DNA from: Spirochaetia bacterium
GTDB lineage: Bacteria; Spirochaetota; Spirochaetia; SZUA-6; Bin103
DNA length: 64,000 bases
Reading direction: 5' to 3'
Assembly: GCA_965208575.1 (NCBI GenBank)
Contig: CBDBOV010000004.1
Coordinates: 96,001-160,000 of the forward strand
A model generated the notes under the pieces. That model was not told the origin of the DNA. It saw only the letters and a program-made list of their open reading frames with translations, and did not search any database. Each line of letters begins with the position of its first letter. The first letter of the stretch is position 1. Positions 1 through 10,241 of this stretch are shown here, in pieces. The translations under genes and the position numbers were made by a program.

Positions 1-9
1 CGACGGTTC

Positions 10-1047
10 ATGAAGGCGCACGGCCTGGCGCGACGCCCGCGGCGCGGCGCCCGCAACACGGTCGGCGCCGAGCGTGCCGCGGCGCGCCTGGAGGAGCGCG
101 AGGTGCGCAGCTACGAAGTCGAATACGTCGGCGGTTTGTGGCACTGGGACTACCATCACGGCTCCCTGAAGGTGGTGACCGCGCAAGGCGAGTGGGAGAG
201 GCCGCTGATGTTCGGCGTGCTGGACGACCGCTCGCGCCTTGCCTGCCACGTGCAATGGTATCTGGGCGAGACCGCGGAGAACACGGCGCACGGACTGATG
301 CAGGCGTTCGCCAAGCGTGGCCTGCCGCGCGCCGGCATGAGTGACAACGGCGGTGCGATGACGGCGGCTGAGATCGTCGAGGGACTGCCCCGATTGGGCA
401 TCGTGCATGAGACCACGCTGCCCTACAGCCCCTACCAGAACGGCAAGCAGGAAGCGTTCTGGGGCCAAGTCGAGGGGCGACTGCTGGCGATGCTTGAAGG
501 CGTCGGGGACCTGAGCCTGGCGCTGCTGAACGAGGCCACCCAGGCGTGGGTGGAACGGGAATACAACCGCAAACGGCATGCCGAGACCGGGCAAACGCCG
601 GCGGCACGCTGGCTGGCGGGCCCGGAGGTATTGCGCGCGGCGCCCGCCAGTGCGGCGTTGCGGATCGCCTTCACGCGCGCCGCGACCCGCACCCTGCGGC
701 GCAGCGACGCCACGGTTTCAATCGAGGGCCGCCGCTTCGAGGTGCCCAACCGCTACCGGCACCTGCGGCGCATCGCGGTGCGCTATGCCGCCTGGGATCT
801 CACTACCGTGCATCAGGTCGACGAGCACACCGGCACCGTGCTGTGCCGCCTGTACCCGCAGGACAAAACCAGCAACGCCAGTGGCCTGCGCCGCGCGCTC
901 GAGCCGGTCTCCGACGAACCGCCCGCACCACCGGCTGCGCCGGCGACCCGGATGGCGCCGCTGCTTGCCAAACTGATCGCCGAACGCGCCGCCAGCGGCC
1001 TGCCGCCGGCCTATCTGCCCAAGGACGAACAAGGAGCCGCCCAATGA
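10..1047 (+). CDS. DDE (rve/Mu-like) transposase, 5'-partial
   Basis: Motifs WHWD, LDDRSR, SDNG and PYQNGKQE; frame is open from the window start. Confidence 0.9.
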   Translation: MKAHGLARRPRRGARNTVGAERAAARLEEREVRSYEVEYVGGLWHWDYHHGSLKVVTAQGEWERPLMFGVLDDRSRLACHVQWYLGETAENTAHGLMQAFAKRGLPRAGMSDNGGAMTAAEIVEGLPRLGIVHETTLPYSPYQNGKQEAFWGQVEGRLLAMLEGVGDLSLALLNEATQAWVEREYNRKRHAETGQTPAARWLAGPEVLRAAPASAALRIAFTRAATRTLRRSDATVSIEGRRFEVPNRYRHLRRIAVRYAAWDLTTVHQVDEHTGTVLCRLYPQDKTSNASGLRRALEPVSDEPPAPPAAPATRMAPLLAKLIAERAASGLPPAYLPKDEQGAAQ

Positions 1048-1883
1048 ACCGAAAGCTGTTGTCTCTCTACGGTCTGAAATGGAACCCGTTTGGTCCCGAC
1101 GTGCCGACCGAGGCGCTGCATGTCAGCCCCGCCGTCGAGTCCTTCTGCTGGCGCATCGCGCAGCTCTCCGGCGAAGGCGGCTTTGCGCTCGTCACCGGCA
1201 GTCCCGGCACCGGCAAGTCGGTCACCCTGCGCATTCTCGCTGACCGGCTCATGGCTCAGCGCGACGTCAAGGTCGGCGTCCTGTCCCGGCCACAGGCTGG
1301 CCTGCATGACTTCTACCGCGAGATGGGCGACCTGTTCGGCGTCGAGTTGCGACCCCACAACCGCTGGGCCGGCGCCAAGCTCCTGCGCAATCGCTGGCAG
1401 ACCCATATCGACTCTGCTCTGCTGCGTCCTGTCCTGCTCGTCGATGAGGCGCAGGAGACCGCGCCGTCGGTGTTGAATGAACTGCGCCTGCTGTGCCAGG
1501 CACAACTCGACTCCCATCTCCTGCTCACCGTCATCCTGGCCGGCGACCGCCGCCTCAGCCAGCGCCTGGAGGCGGAGGAACTGCTGCCCCTGGACAGCCG
1601 TATCAGGGTCCGCCTCTCATTGTCTCGCGCCAGCTCCGAACAACTGCTCGCCTGCCTCCGCCATGCCCTCTCCAAGGCCGGCGCGGCGCCGCTCATCACC
1701 CCTGAACTATGCGCAACCCTGTGTGACCACGCAGCCGGCAACTATCGCGCTCTGTTCAACATGGCCGGCGAGTTGCTGGCCGTCGCCGCACACCATGACC
1801 TCGACCGTCTTGATGAGAACCTGTTCCTGGAGACCTTCGCGGCGCCTCCCTCCGACGCCGACGGCGCCGGGCGCTGGCGATGA
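1044..1883 (+). CDS. ExeA/TniB-like AAA ATPase
   Basis: MNRKLLSLYGLKWNPF start, Walker A GSPGTGKS, Walker B LLVDEAQ; ATGA overlap with the transposase stop. Confidence 0.9.
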   Translation: MNRKLLSLYGLKWNPFGPDVPTEALHVSPAVESFCWRIAQLSGEGGFALVTGSPGTGKSVTLRILADRLMAQRDVKVGVLSRPQAGLHDFYREMGDLFGVELRPHNRWAGAKLLRNRWQTHIDSALLRPVLLVDEAQETAPSVLNELRLLCQAQLDSHLLLTVILAGDRRLSQRLEAEELLPLDSRIRVRLSLSRASSEQLLACLRHALSKAGAAPLITPELCATLCDHAAGNYRALFNMAGELLAVAAHHDLDRLDENLFLETFAAPPSDADGAGRWR

Positions 1884-2851
1884 ACCTCCTCCCCGTCGTC
1901 CCCGCCCATCGCCTCGCCGTCCGCCCCGAGCAGCACCGCTGGCTGGTCACCGGTCTCTGGGCCGAGCAGGCGGTGGGTATTGTCGGAGGCGAGCCCAAGT
2001 CCTATAAATCATTCCTGGCTCTCGACCTCGCCGTCGCCGTCGCGGCCGGCTCCCCGTGCCTGCGCCGCTTCCCCGTGCCCACCCCAGGTCGCGTCCTGCT
2101 CTACGCCGCTGAGGACGCCCTCGAGGTCGTCCGTCTCCGCCTCGACGGCATCTGCGGCGCCGCAGGCGTCCCCCTCCGCGGCCTCGACCTCCAGGTCATC
2201 ACCGCCCCCTCCCTCCGCCTTGATCTGCCCGCCGATCGCCTCCGCCTCGAACACACCGTCGCCTCTCTGGGGCCGCGCCTGCTCATCCTCGATCCCTTCG
2301 TCCGACTGCATTGCGGCGATGAAAACTCGGCCGCCGAGGTCGCTCCCTTGCTCGCCTTTCTGCGCCATCTCCAGCGTCAACATCATCTCGCCGTCGTCGT
2401 CGTCCATCACGCCAAGAAGGGCGCCGGCCGCCTCCGCGACGGCCAGGCTCTGCGCGGCTCTTCGGAGTTCCACGCCTGGGGCGACTGCAACCTCTTTCTC
2501 CGCCGTCACCGCGATGATCTCACTCTCTCCGTCGAGCATCGCGCTGCTCCTTCTCCTGACCCGATCCCGCTCACCCTCTCCGCCGACGGTGACGCGCTCG
2601 CCTTGGCCGTCACCGACCGCACCGCTCTCACCAACCCTTCCTCGATGTCACTCGATGACCGCATCACCGCCGTTCTCGCCGATTCCGCCGCTCCCCTCCC
2701 CGTCGCACAACTGCGCCCACTCTGCCGCGTCCGCAACGCCACCCTTTACCGCCGTCTCGCTGCACTCTGCCGCGACGGCATTCTCGTCAAGTCGACCGCC
2801 GGCTACCGCCTCGCTTCTCCACCGGCCGCTACCGCTTCCCGTCCCCTCTAG
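1880..2851 (+). CDS. AAA_25 / RepA-like (RecA-fold) ATPase with probable C-terminal winged helix
   Basis: GEPKSYKS, AAED, LLILDP, VVHH and LRGSS motifs. Confidence 0.85.
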   Translation: MNLLPVVPAHRLAVRPEQHRWLVTGLWAEQAVGIVGGEPKSYKSFLALDLAVAVAAGSPCLRRFPVPTPGRVLLYAAEDALEVVRLRLDGICGAAGVPLRGLDLQVITAPSLRLDLPADRLRLEHTVASLGPRLLILDPFVRLHCGDENSAAEVAPLLAFLRHLQRQHHLAVVVVHHAKKGAGRLRDGQALRGSSEFHAWGDCNLFLRRHRDDLTLSVEHRAAPSPDPIPLTLSADGDALALAVTDRTALTNPSSMSLDDRITAVLADSAAPLPVAQLRPLCRVRNATLYRRLAALCRDGILVKSTAGYRLASPPAATASRPL

Positions 2852-2935
2852 GCCGCCCGGGAACGGCATTCGGGAACACCATCAATTTCCGTGCTCACCA
2901 CCCCATCCATGAGCGCGCTCACGCTCACCCGTACA

Positions 2936-3599
2936 GCGGCCAGGTGAAGTGGTAGCGGTCCCACGAGTCGCCGTATTGCTCGCGGTAGCGCGCCGGGCAG
3001 TCGAACGGCTCGTGCGGGTCGAACACCTCCAGGTGCAGGTGCCAGTCCCGGGCGTCGTGGTTGCGGTCGATGAAGTCGATGGCGCGCGCGAAGCACTGCG
3101 GCGTCGAGTAGTCCTCGTCACGCTCCATGGGTGCCCAGGTCTGGTTGCGCCAGTAGCCCCAGCGGCACGGCCCCTCCAGGCCGCGCGCCCCCTCCGGCTT
3201 GGCCGGCTCCTGCACCAGCGGCCGCCAAGTGTCGCCCTCCTGCCCGCGCACGAACTCCCACGAGCTGTAGATGGTGTTGTAGCCCTCGCCGCCGGAGTGG
3301 AAGTAGTGGTAGTGGTCGGTGATCATGTGGCTGTACACGCCGCGCCGCTCGCGCAGCATGGCCGGCAGGCACTCGTCCCACGGCTGCACCGGGCTCCACG
3401 GCGTCTCCAGGAAGTTGACCCGCCCGGTCAGCATCTCGCGCCGCGCCGGCATGCACGGCAGCGAGCCGGCGAAGTGGTTGTCGAATACCGTCCCCCGTTC
3501 CGCCAGCCGGTCGATGTTGGGCGTGATGGCGAACTCGTTCCCGTAGCAGCGCAGGTAATGCCGGTTCAGCGAATCCATGATGATGAAGATCGTTCTCAC
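2936..3599 (-). pseudogene. Sulfatase N-terminal half, truncated by the transposon
   Basis: IIMDSL, CMPAR and DPHEPF motifs; only ~220 aa before running into the transposon end. Confidence 0.85.
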
Positions 3600-3766
3600 G
3601 TTGTGGTCCTCGTGGGCGGATGACTCCGGTCCGCCGCAGCGTGTCGGCTGTCCGCCGGCGCCGTGCGGTGCGGCGCGCCATGATTAGCGGCGGAGCGCAT
3701 TATGCCATACACTGTCCGCAACTGACCGCACGCGACGTACGCGCGCTGTGGCGAGGAGGCATAGGA

Positions 3767-5839
3767 ATGACGAAACGGATCGCGATTCGGGTGCCCGTGG
3801 CGGCGGCCCTGGTGGCGCTGGCGGCGGCAGCAGCCTTCGCCGGCGGCGCCGACGAGGGCACGCAGGCGGCGGGCGAAGCCGTTGGCGGAACGCTGGCGGC
3901 GGGGGCCGGCATGACCTTCGACCACGAGTGGGACTCGCTGCGCACGTTCGTGACGGTGTCCGAGTACGCCACCCAGACCGGCAACGCCGTGGGCGAGTAC
4001 CATGAAGCACCGGAGCTGGCGGCGCGGGTAGCGGAGGGATCGCTGCCGCCGGTCGCGGACCGGTTGCCCGACGATCCGGCGCTGGTGGTGCCCTACCACG
4101 AGATCGGCCAGTACGGCGGCACCGCGTTCATCGGCCGCATGAGCCGGCTGAACTGGTCCGACGCACAGATGATAGGTATCAGCTACGAACCGGTCACGCG
4201 GCTCGCCTCCGACCACCGCTCGGTGGTGTGCAACGTGTGCGCGGCGTGGGAGATGAGCGACGACGCGCAGACCGTGACCATCCACCTGCGGCCCGGCATG
4301 CACTGGTCGGACGGCGACGGCTTCGACGCCGACGACATCATGTTCTGGTACCAGGACGTGATGCTCAACGAAGAGCTGACCCCGCGCCAGCCACGCCGCT
4401 GGGCTCCCGGCGGCAGCTTCGTGCAGGTGGAGAAGGTGGGCGACCACACCGTGACCCTGAACTTCGCGGCGCCGTTTCCCAACTGGGCGCCGTCGATGGC
4501 CACCACCATGGGCGGCGACATGCTGCTGCCGCGCCACTACCTGGAGGGCTTCCACGCCGACTACACCGACCGCGCGAAGCTGGAGGAGCGTGCCAAGGAG
4601 GAGGGTTTCGAGTCGTGGACCAAGTTCTTCGGCCAGACCAAGCAGTCCTGGGCCACCATCGTGCCGCGCTACAATCCCGAACTGCCCACAATCCTGCCGT
4701 TCCATCTCACCGAGTACGCCACCGACGTCTCGCAGTGGCAGCGCAATCCCTACTACTGGAAGGTGGACCCGGCCGGCAACCAGCTCCCCTACATGGAACG
4801 CATCGTGGTCACCAACGTCGAGGACCTGGAGGTGTGGAACGGCAAGACCCTGGCCGGCGAGTATACCATGAGCGGCTTCCTCACCTCGGTGGAGGACTTC
4901 GCCCTGTTCAAGGAGAACGAGGAGGACGGCGACTACCGGGTGATCAACTGGCCCACCGCGTTCGCGGCCGCGGTCAACTACGAGCCCAACCTCACCGCTC
5001 CCGACATGGACCTGCGCCCCATCTTCCAGGACGTGCGATTCCGCCGCGCCCTGTCGCTGGCGATCAACCGCGACGAGATCAACCAGGTGGTGTTCTTCGG
5101 CCTTGGCGAGCCGGCGCAGATGACCCTGCTGCCCACCTCCAAGTACTACGAGGAGAGCTTCGCGCAGTCGTGGGCGCAGTACGACCCCGACGCCGCCAAC
5201 GCGTTGCTGGACGAGATGGGGCTGGAGTGGGACGCGCGCAACGAGCACCGGCTGCTGCCGAACGGCAAGCGGCTCTCCTTCGCCGTCGAGTACATCAACG
5301 TGGAGACGCCCAAGACGCGCGTCTCGGAGTTGGTGGCCGAGCACTGGGCGGCGATCGGCGTGGAGGCGATCCTCAAGGAGGAGGGGCGGCGGCTGGTCAA
5401 CGAGCGGGTGGCCGCCAACCAGATCTCCTTCAGCCTCGCGCACGGTTTCGGCAGCAACGATCTGCACTTCGAGTCGGGGCGTATGCAGTGGTTCGTGCCC
5501 ACCTCGGTGGGTTGGGCCAATCCGTGGGCCGTGGAGTGGGGGCGCTGGTACCAGTCCGGCGGCGCCGAGGGCGAGGAGCCTCCGGCCGAGATCCAGGAGC
5601 TGCAGCGGCTGCGCGACCAGTTCCTGATCGAGCCGGACGAGGCGGAAAGGATCCGCATCGGCAAGCAGATCCTGCAGTCGCAGGCGGACAACCTGTGGAC
5701 CATCGGCACGGTGCGCCTGATCCCGCAGCCACTGGTGATCAAGAACCGCGTCGGCAACTTTCCCGAGCGCGGGCTGTGGGGCTACAGCGTGATCTGGACC
5801 TTCCCGCACCATCCCGAGCAGTTCTACCTCAAGCAGTAG
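3767..5839 (+). CDS. ABC transporter substrate-binding protein, family 5
   Basis: GAGGAGG RBS; signal peptide ending AFAGG; GSLPPVADRLP, WSDG and RNPYYWKVD motifs. Confidence 0.92.
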   Translation: MTKRIAIRVPVAAALVALAAAAAFAGGADEGTQAAGEAVGGTLAAGAGMTFDHEWDSLRTFVTVSEYATQTGNAVGEYHEAPELAARVAEGSLPPVADRLPDDPALVVPYHEIGQYGGTAFIGRMSRLNWSDAQMIGISYEPVTRLASDHRSVVCNVCAAWEMSDDAQTVTIHLRPGMHWSDGDGFDADDIMFWYQDVMLNEELTPRQPRRWAPGGSFVQVEKVGDHTVTLNFAAPFPNWAPSMATTMGGDMLLPRHYLEGFHADYTDRAKLEERAKEEGFESWTKFFGQTKQSWATIVPRYNPELPTILPFHLTEYATDVSQWQRNPYYWKVDPAGNQLPYMERIVVTNVEDLEVWNGKTLAGEYTMSGFLTSVEDFALFKENEEDGDYRVINWPTAFAAAVNYEPNLTAPDMDLRPIFQDVRFRRALSLAINRDEINQVVFFGLGEPAQMTLLPTSKYYEESFAQSWAQYDPDAANALLDEMGLEWDARNEHRLLPNGKRLSFAVEYINVETPKTRVSELVAEHWAAIGVEAILKEEGRRLVNERVAANQISFSLAHGFGSNDLHFESGRMQWFVPTSVGWANPWAVEWGRWYQSGGAEGEEPPAEIQELQRLRDQFLIEPDEAERIRIGKQILQSQADNLWTIGTVRLIPQPLVIKNRVGNFPERGLWGYSVIWTFPHHPEQFYLKQ

Positions 5840-5844
5840 CGCTG

Positions 5845-5870
5845 CCCGGAGCCGCCGGCGGCTCCCGGGC
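5845..5870. other. GC-rich intergenic hairpin after the SBP gene (possible mRNA-stabilising or attenuating stem)
   Basis: Perfect palindrome GGAGCCGCCGGCGGCTCC at 5848-5865; no U-tract. Confidence 0.5.
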
Positions 5871-5905
5871 CGCTTCCGGGACCGCCGGCGCGGGTTGAGA
5901 GAGCG

Positions 5906-6901
5906 ATGGCCGCTTACGTCGTCCGGCGGGTGATCTACGCCGTGGTCACGCTGCTGGTGATCTCGGTGGTAGCATACGTCATCATCCAGTTGCCGCCCGG
6001 CGACTATCTCACTTCCTACATCATGCGCCTGGAGATGCAGGGCGGCGAGGTGACCGACGCCGAGGTGGAGACCCTGAAGCGCGAGTACGGCTTCGACCTG
6101 CCGCCGCACCTGCGCTACTTCAAGTGGATGGCCAACCTGCTGCGCGGCGACCTCGGGCGATCCTTCTTCTACAACCGGCCGGTGCTGGAGCTGCTCGCCG
6201 AGCGGCTGCCGCTGAGCCTCCTGGTGTCGTTGCTGGCGCTGCTGTTCACCTACTTGGTGTCGATCCCGGTCGGCATCTACTCCGCCACCCACCAGTACTC
6301 GCTGTGGGACTACACGCTGAGCCTCGTCGGCTTCGTCGGTCTGGCCACGCCCAATTTCATCCTCGCCCTGCTGTTGATGTTCTTCTTTTTCAAGACCTTC
6401 GGCCTCAGCATCGGCGGCCTGTTCTCGCCCGAGTACCTGCTGGAGCCGTGGAGCTGGGGCAAGTTCGTGGATCTGCTCAAGCATCTGCCGGTGCCGGTGA
6501 TCGTGATCGGCACCGCCGGCACCGCCGGCCTGATCCGGGTAATGCGCGGACTGATGCTGGACGAGATGGCCAAGCAGTATGTGGTCACTGCCCGCGCCAA
6601 GGGGGTGGCGGAGCGGCGCCTGCTGTTCAAGTACCCGGTACGGGTTTCGCTGAACCCGATAGTCAGCACCATCGGCTGGACGCTGCCGGCGATCGTGTCG
6701 GGGCAGACCATCACCGCCATCGTGCTCAGCCTGCCCACGGTGGGACCGCTGCTGCTGGAAGCGCTGGTCAACGAGGACATCATCCTGGCCGGCAGCGTGG
6801 TGATGATCCTCAGCTTCCTGACCGTGCTCGGTACGCTGCTGTCCGACCTGCTGCTGGTGGTGCTGGACCCGCGCATCCGCTTCGAGGGCGGCAGCCGCTG
6901 A
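5906..6901 (+). CDS. ABC permease (DppB/OppB-like)
   Basis: LPPGD, GDLGRS, TARAKG and LDPRIR motifs. Confidence 0.93.
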   Translation: MAAYVVRRVIYAVVTLLVISVVAYVIIQLPPGDYLTSYIMRLEMQGGEVTDAEVETLKREYGFDLPPHLRYFKWMANLLRGDLGRSFFYNRPVLELLAERLPLSLLVSLLALLFTYLVSIPVGIYSATHQYSLWDYTLSLVGFVGLATPNFILALLLMFFFFKTFGLSIGGLFSPEYLLEPWSWGKFVDLLKHLPVPVIVIGTAGTAGLIRVMRGLMLDEMAKQYVVTARAKGVAERRLLFKYPVRVSLNPIVSTIGWTLPAIVSGQTITAIVLSLPTVGPLLLEALVNEDIILAGSVVMILSFLTVLGTLLSDLLLVVLDPRIRFEGGSR

Positions 6902-6920
6902 TGCGTCCGGGGACGGGGTC

Positions 6921-8051
6921 GTGAGGCTCCGCACCACCGCCCGCGCCGGGGCGGCGGCACCGTCGGCGAGCGAGCGCTACTACCTGGCCTCGCAGTGGCA
7001 GCTCGCCTGGCGCAAGCTGATCCGCCACCGGCTGGCGCTGGTGGGAGGCGGCGTGCTGCTTCTGCTGTACGTGGCGGCGCTGTTCGCCGGGTTCGTCGCG
7101 CCCTACGGCCCGTTCACCCGCAACAACGACTTCATCAACGCACCGCCGACTCGGCTGCGCTTCCTGTCCGAGGATGGGCTGCACCTGCGTCCGTTCGTGT
7201 ACGCCGTGCGCGGCGAGGTCGACATGGAGTCGCTGCGCCGGCTCTACGCGGAGGACACCTCGCGCCGCTATCCGCTGTCCCTACTGGTGCGCGGCGAGCC
7301 GTACCGGCTGTTGGGGTTGATCGAGACCGACCGCCGCCTGTTCGGGGTGGAGGCGCCGGGCGTGATCTACCTGTTCGGCACCGACGACCTGGGCCGCGAC
7401 ATGTTCGCCCGCGTGCTGCACGCCGGCCGCATCTCGCTGTCGATCGGCCTCCTGGGGGTCGCGTTCAGCTTCGTGCTCGGCCTGCTGTTCGGTGGCCTGT
7501 CCGGCTATTACGGCGGCGCCGTCGACCTGGTGATCCAGCGCGTGGTGGAGTTCCTGATCAGCATCCCGCAGATCCCGCTGTGGATGGCGTTGAGCGCCGC
7601 GCTGCCGGCCAACTGGCCGCCGCTCCGGGTCTACTTCGGCATCACGCTGATTCTGTCGATCGTCGGCTGGACCGGCCTGGCGCGGGTGGTTCGCGGCAAG
7701 CTGCTGGAGCTGCGCGAGAGCGACTTCGTGATGGCCGCACGGGTGGCCGGCGCGCTGGACGGCGCCATCATTCGTCGCCACCTGCTACCGTCGTTCATGA
7801 GCTACCTCATTGTCAGCCTCACCCTGGCGGTGCCCGGCATGATCCTGGGCGAGACCGCGCTGAGCTTCCTGGGCCTGGGTCTGCGGCCGCCGGTAGTGAG
7901 CTGGGGCGTGCTGCTACAGAAGGCGCAGAACCTGCGCACCGTGGCGCTGCACCCCTGGCTGCTGATCCCGGCCGGCTTCGTGGTCGTCACGGTGCTGGCC
8001 TTCAACTTCCTCGGCGACGGCCTGCGCGACGCCGCCGATCCTTACAAGTAG
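6921..8051 (+). CDS. ABC permease (DppC/OppC-like)
   Basis: FGTDDLGRD, ETALSFLGLG and GDGLRDAADP motifs. Confidence 0.93.
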   Translation: MRLRTTARAGAAAPSASERYYLASQWQLAWRKLIRHRLALVGGGVLLLLYVAALFAGFVAPYGPFTRNNDFINAPPTRLRFLSEDGLHLRPFVYAVRGEVDMESLRRLYAEDTSRRYPLSLLVRGEPYRLLGLIETDRRLFGVEAPGVIYLFGTDDLGRDMFARVLHAGRISLSIGLLGVAFSFVLGLLFGGLSGYYGGAVDLVIQRVVEFLISIPQIPLWMALSAALPANWPPLRVYFGITLILSIVGWTGLARVVRGKLLELRESDFVMAARVAGALDGAIIRRHLLPSFMSYLIVSLTLAVPGMILGETALSFLGLGLRPPVVSWGVLLQKAQNLRTVALHPWLLIPAGFVVVTVLAFNFLGDGLRDAADPYK

Positions 8052-8156
8052 TACAAGCCCGGCAAGGACGGTGCCGAGCTTGGCGGCCGCAACGATGGGT
8101 GCTATTGTTGGTGAACACGGCTGAGAGATGGTTACCCTCGGGCCGTGCACTTAGGC

Positions 8157-10157
8157 ATGTCAGGAACGAGGACAACCTCTCCAGCCAATACAAGTGGTCT
8201 ACCGATTTCTCTGGAGGACCTGGTCCACGCCAAGTCTGTTGAGGACAATCGGCGAGAGTTCAAGGCAGCTTGGAACCCTGCGACCCAGACGGCGGTCGTG
8301 CGCACGATCTGCGCCTTCGCCAACGACTTGTTGAACCTCAATGGTGGCTATGTACTGCTTGGGATCGAGACCGACGAGTTCGGCAGACCTGTGCTCCCGC
8401 CCCGAGGCTTGGAAGACGTGGACCTTGACAGGGTGCAGCGCGAACTGCGCGGCCAGTGTAAGCGAATCAACCCAAACTATTCGCCGCGCGTCTTCCCCAT
8501 GTCATTTGAAGATCGGTCGATTCTGGTAATCTGGTGTCCGGGAGGAGACAATCGTCCCTACGAAGCACCGAAGTCAGCAACGTCCGGTGAGCGCGCCTAC
8601 TACGTCCGTGAAGGGTCACAGACGGTCGTGGCCAAGGGTGCTCTCCTCTCTCAACTGCTCGACCAGGCTGCGAAGATTCCATTCGACGACCGGATCAACA
8701 GGTCGATGGGACTGGACGACGTTTCCGCCCGATTGGTGAAAGACTTTCTGGCGGACGTCGGGAGCGACATTGGTCGTACCGTTCCATTCAATCGCCACGT
8801 CTATTCGAGTATGCAACTTACCGCACCTCTCAATGGCGATGATGCGCCACGCAATGTCGCGATTCTGTTCTTTGTAGACGATCCCGACCGTGAGTTTCCG
8901 GGGGCGCAAATCGATGTGGTGCAGTTTGCGGATGACGCCGGCGGAAACCTCATCGAGGAGAAGACGATCCGCGGTCCGCTCCATCATCAGGTCAGGCAGA
9001 CTCTGACCTACCTGGAGTCTCTCGGCAGCACGATCATCGAAAAGATCCCGGGCCGAGCCGAGGTGGACCGGATGGTCACGTATCCCTATGAGGCGATCCG
9101 GGAAGCTGTGGTCAACGCCGTATATCACCGCTCCTATCAGGAGGTCGAGCCAACGAAGATCTACCTTTACCCGGACCGAATGGAGGTCACCAGCTATCCG
9201 GGCCCGGTTCGGGGAATCGAACTGCACCACTTTGCCGGCGGCGGAGCAATCCCGGCAGTGCCCGCTCGCAACCGGAGGATAGGCGGATTCCTCAAGGAGC
9301 TCAAACTCGCAGAGTCTCGAGGCACCGGCGTTCCCAAGATGCGCCGACACATGATCGAGAGCGGGTCATCGGATCCGCGCTTCGACTTCGACGAAGGGCG
9401 CACCTACTTCCGGGTGATCCTGCCCGTTCATCCCCGCTATCGGGTTATCCATGCGCTACGTGAGAGCGCATTGATGTGGGCTACGGGGAAGCGGAACGAC
9501 GCTCTCAACCACCTGTTGCGCGCGGCGGGAGATCAGCCGGGATCAGGTGCAGTCACTGGACAAGTGATTGAGTACGCCGGTGCCATGGACGATCTCGAAC
9601 TTGCCAGGGAGTACCTCGAACGTTTCGAGTCAGCAAGAGCCCGAACCGAAGGCTCGCTACCCTACTTGCGCTACGCAGCGGTCTTGTTGAATAGAGGCGA
9701 CAGCGAGGAAGCGCGGAAGTGGCTTCGCCGTATTCCGCCGGCGAGTGGGTACAGTGATCTTCTTGACGCGGCGATTCTGAGCAAGCGAGCGAGAAACTAC
9801 CGTGAGGCACACCGTATGTTCGAGCGGCTGTATGCCCGTGCGAACGACGACGCCAAGGTGGTACAGGAGTTCGCCCAGACCAAGCTTGCACTTGCGCGCG
9901 CCGCACACTATCGAGACTTGCCTACGAAGAAGAGGCTGAATCGACAGGGTGCGGAACTGCTCCGCAGAGCGATCCAGTTGACCGATGATCCGACGCGTAA
10001 GGCTTGGTGCTGGTTCGATCTCGCGCGAACAATCGCCTGGCTGCGTGAACCGGAGAGCGATGTCGAGCAGGCATACCTGCATGCGATGTCACTGAAGCCG
10101 AATGAAGACCGGTTTCGGGACTCCCACCGCCAGTGGCAGATCAGGCGAGGCCGGTAG
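8157..10157 (+). CDS. Schlafen/AlbA_2 + HATPase_c_4 + C-terminal TPR-like protein
   Basis: REFK...ICAFAN...GGYVLLGI; EAVVNAVYHRSY, RNRRI and ESRGTG; helical-repeat C-terminus; lower GC than neighbours. Confidence 0.85.
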   Translation: MSGTRTTSPANTSGLPISLEDLVHAKSVEDNRREFKAAWNPATQTAVVRTICAFANDLLNLNGGYVLLGIETDEFGRPVLPPRGLEDVDLDRVQRELRGQCKRINPNYSPRVFPMSFEDRSILVIWCPGGDNRPYEAPKSATSGERAYYVREGSQTVVAKGALLSQLLDQAAKIPFDDRINRSMGLDDVSARLVKDFLADVGSDIGRTVPFNRHVYSSMQLTAPLNGDDAPRNVAILFFVDDPDREFPGAQIDVVQFADDAGGNLIEEKTIRGPLHHQVRQTLTYLESLGSTIIEKIPGRAEVDRMVTYPYEAIREAVVNAVYHRSYQEVEPTKIYLYPDRMEVTSYPGPVRGIELHHFAGGGAIPAVPARNRRIGGFLKELKLAESRGTGVPKMRRHMIESGSSDPRFDFDEGRTYFRVILPVHPRYRVIHALRESALMWATGKRNDALNHLLRAAGDQPGSGAVTGQVIEYAGAMDDLELAREYLERFESARARTEGSLPYLRYAAVLLNRGDSEEARKWLRRIPPASGYSDLLDAAILSKRARNYREAHRMFERLYARANDDAKVVQEFAQTKLALARAAHYRDLPTKKRLNRQGAELLRRAIQLTDDPTRKAWCWFDLARTIAWLREPESDVEQAYLHAMSLKPNEDRFRDSHRQWQIRRGR

Positions 10158-10241
10158 AGTTGGCTGATTAGACCAGGGTGCTCAGGGGCCATCCGGTCAC
10201 CCCGCCTTGCTCAAAGCGACTCATTCCGGCTGAATATCGAC

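Larger units (their letters stand above)
1..2935 (+). mobile_element. Three-gene DDE transposon (rve transposase + ExeA-like ATPase + AAA_25 ATPase); left part outside window
   Basis: Three ATGA-coupled ORFs. Right end reads TGTACGGGTGAGC... on the minus strand (TGT terminus at 2935) with repeated GTGAGC sub-terminal motifs. A sulfatase gene is cut exactly here. Confidence 0.75.

Noticed and set aside
1-2935. Tn7/CAST
   Set aside because: No TnsA, TniQ or Cas genes inside the visible end
3596-6937. 1113-aa minus-strand ORF and similar long ORFs (12238-14514, 60459-62834, N-terminal part of 57345-59549)
   Set aside because: Antisense or off-frame shadows of clear genes in high-GC DNA, with no motifs; only the last 162 codons of 57345-59549 are smpB
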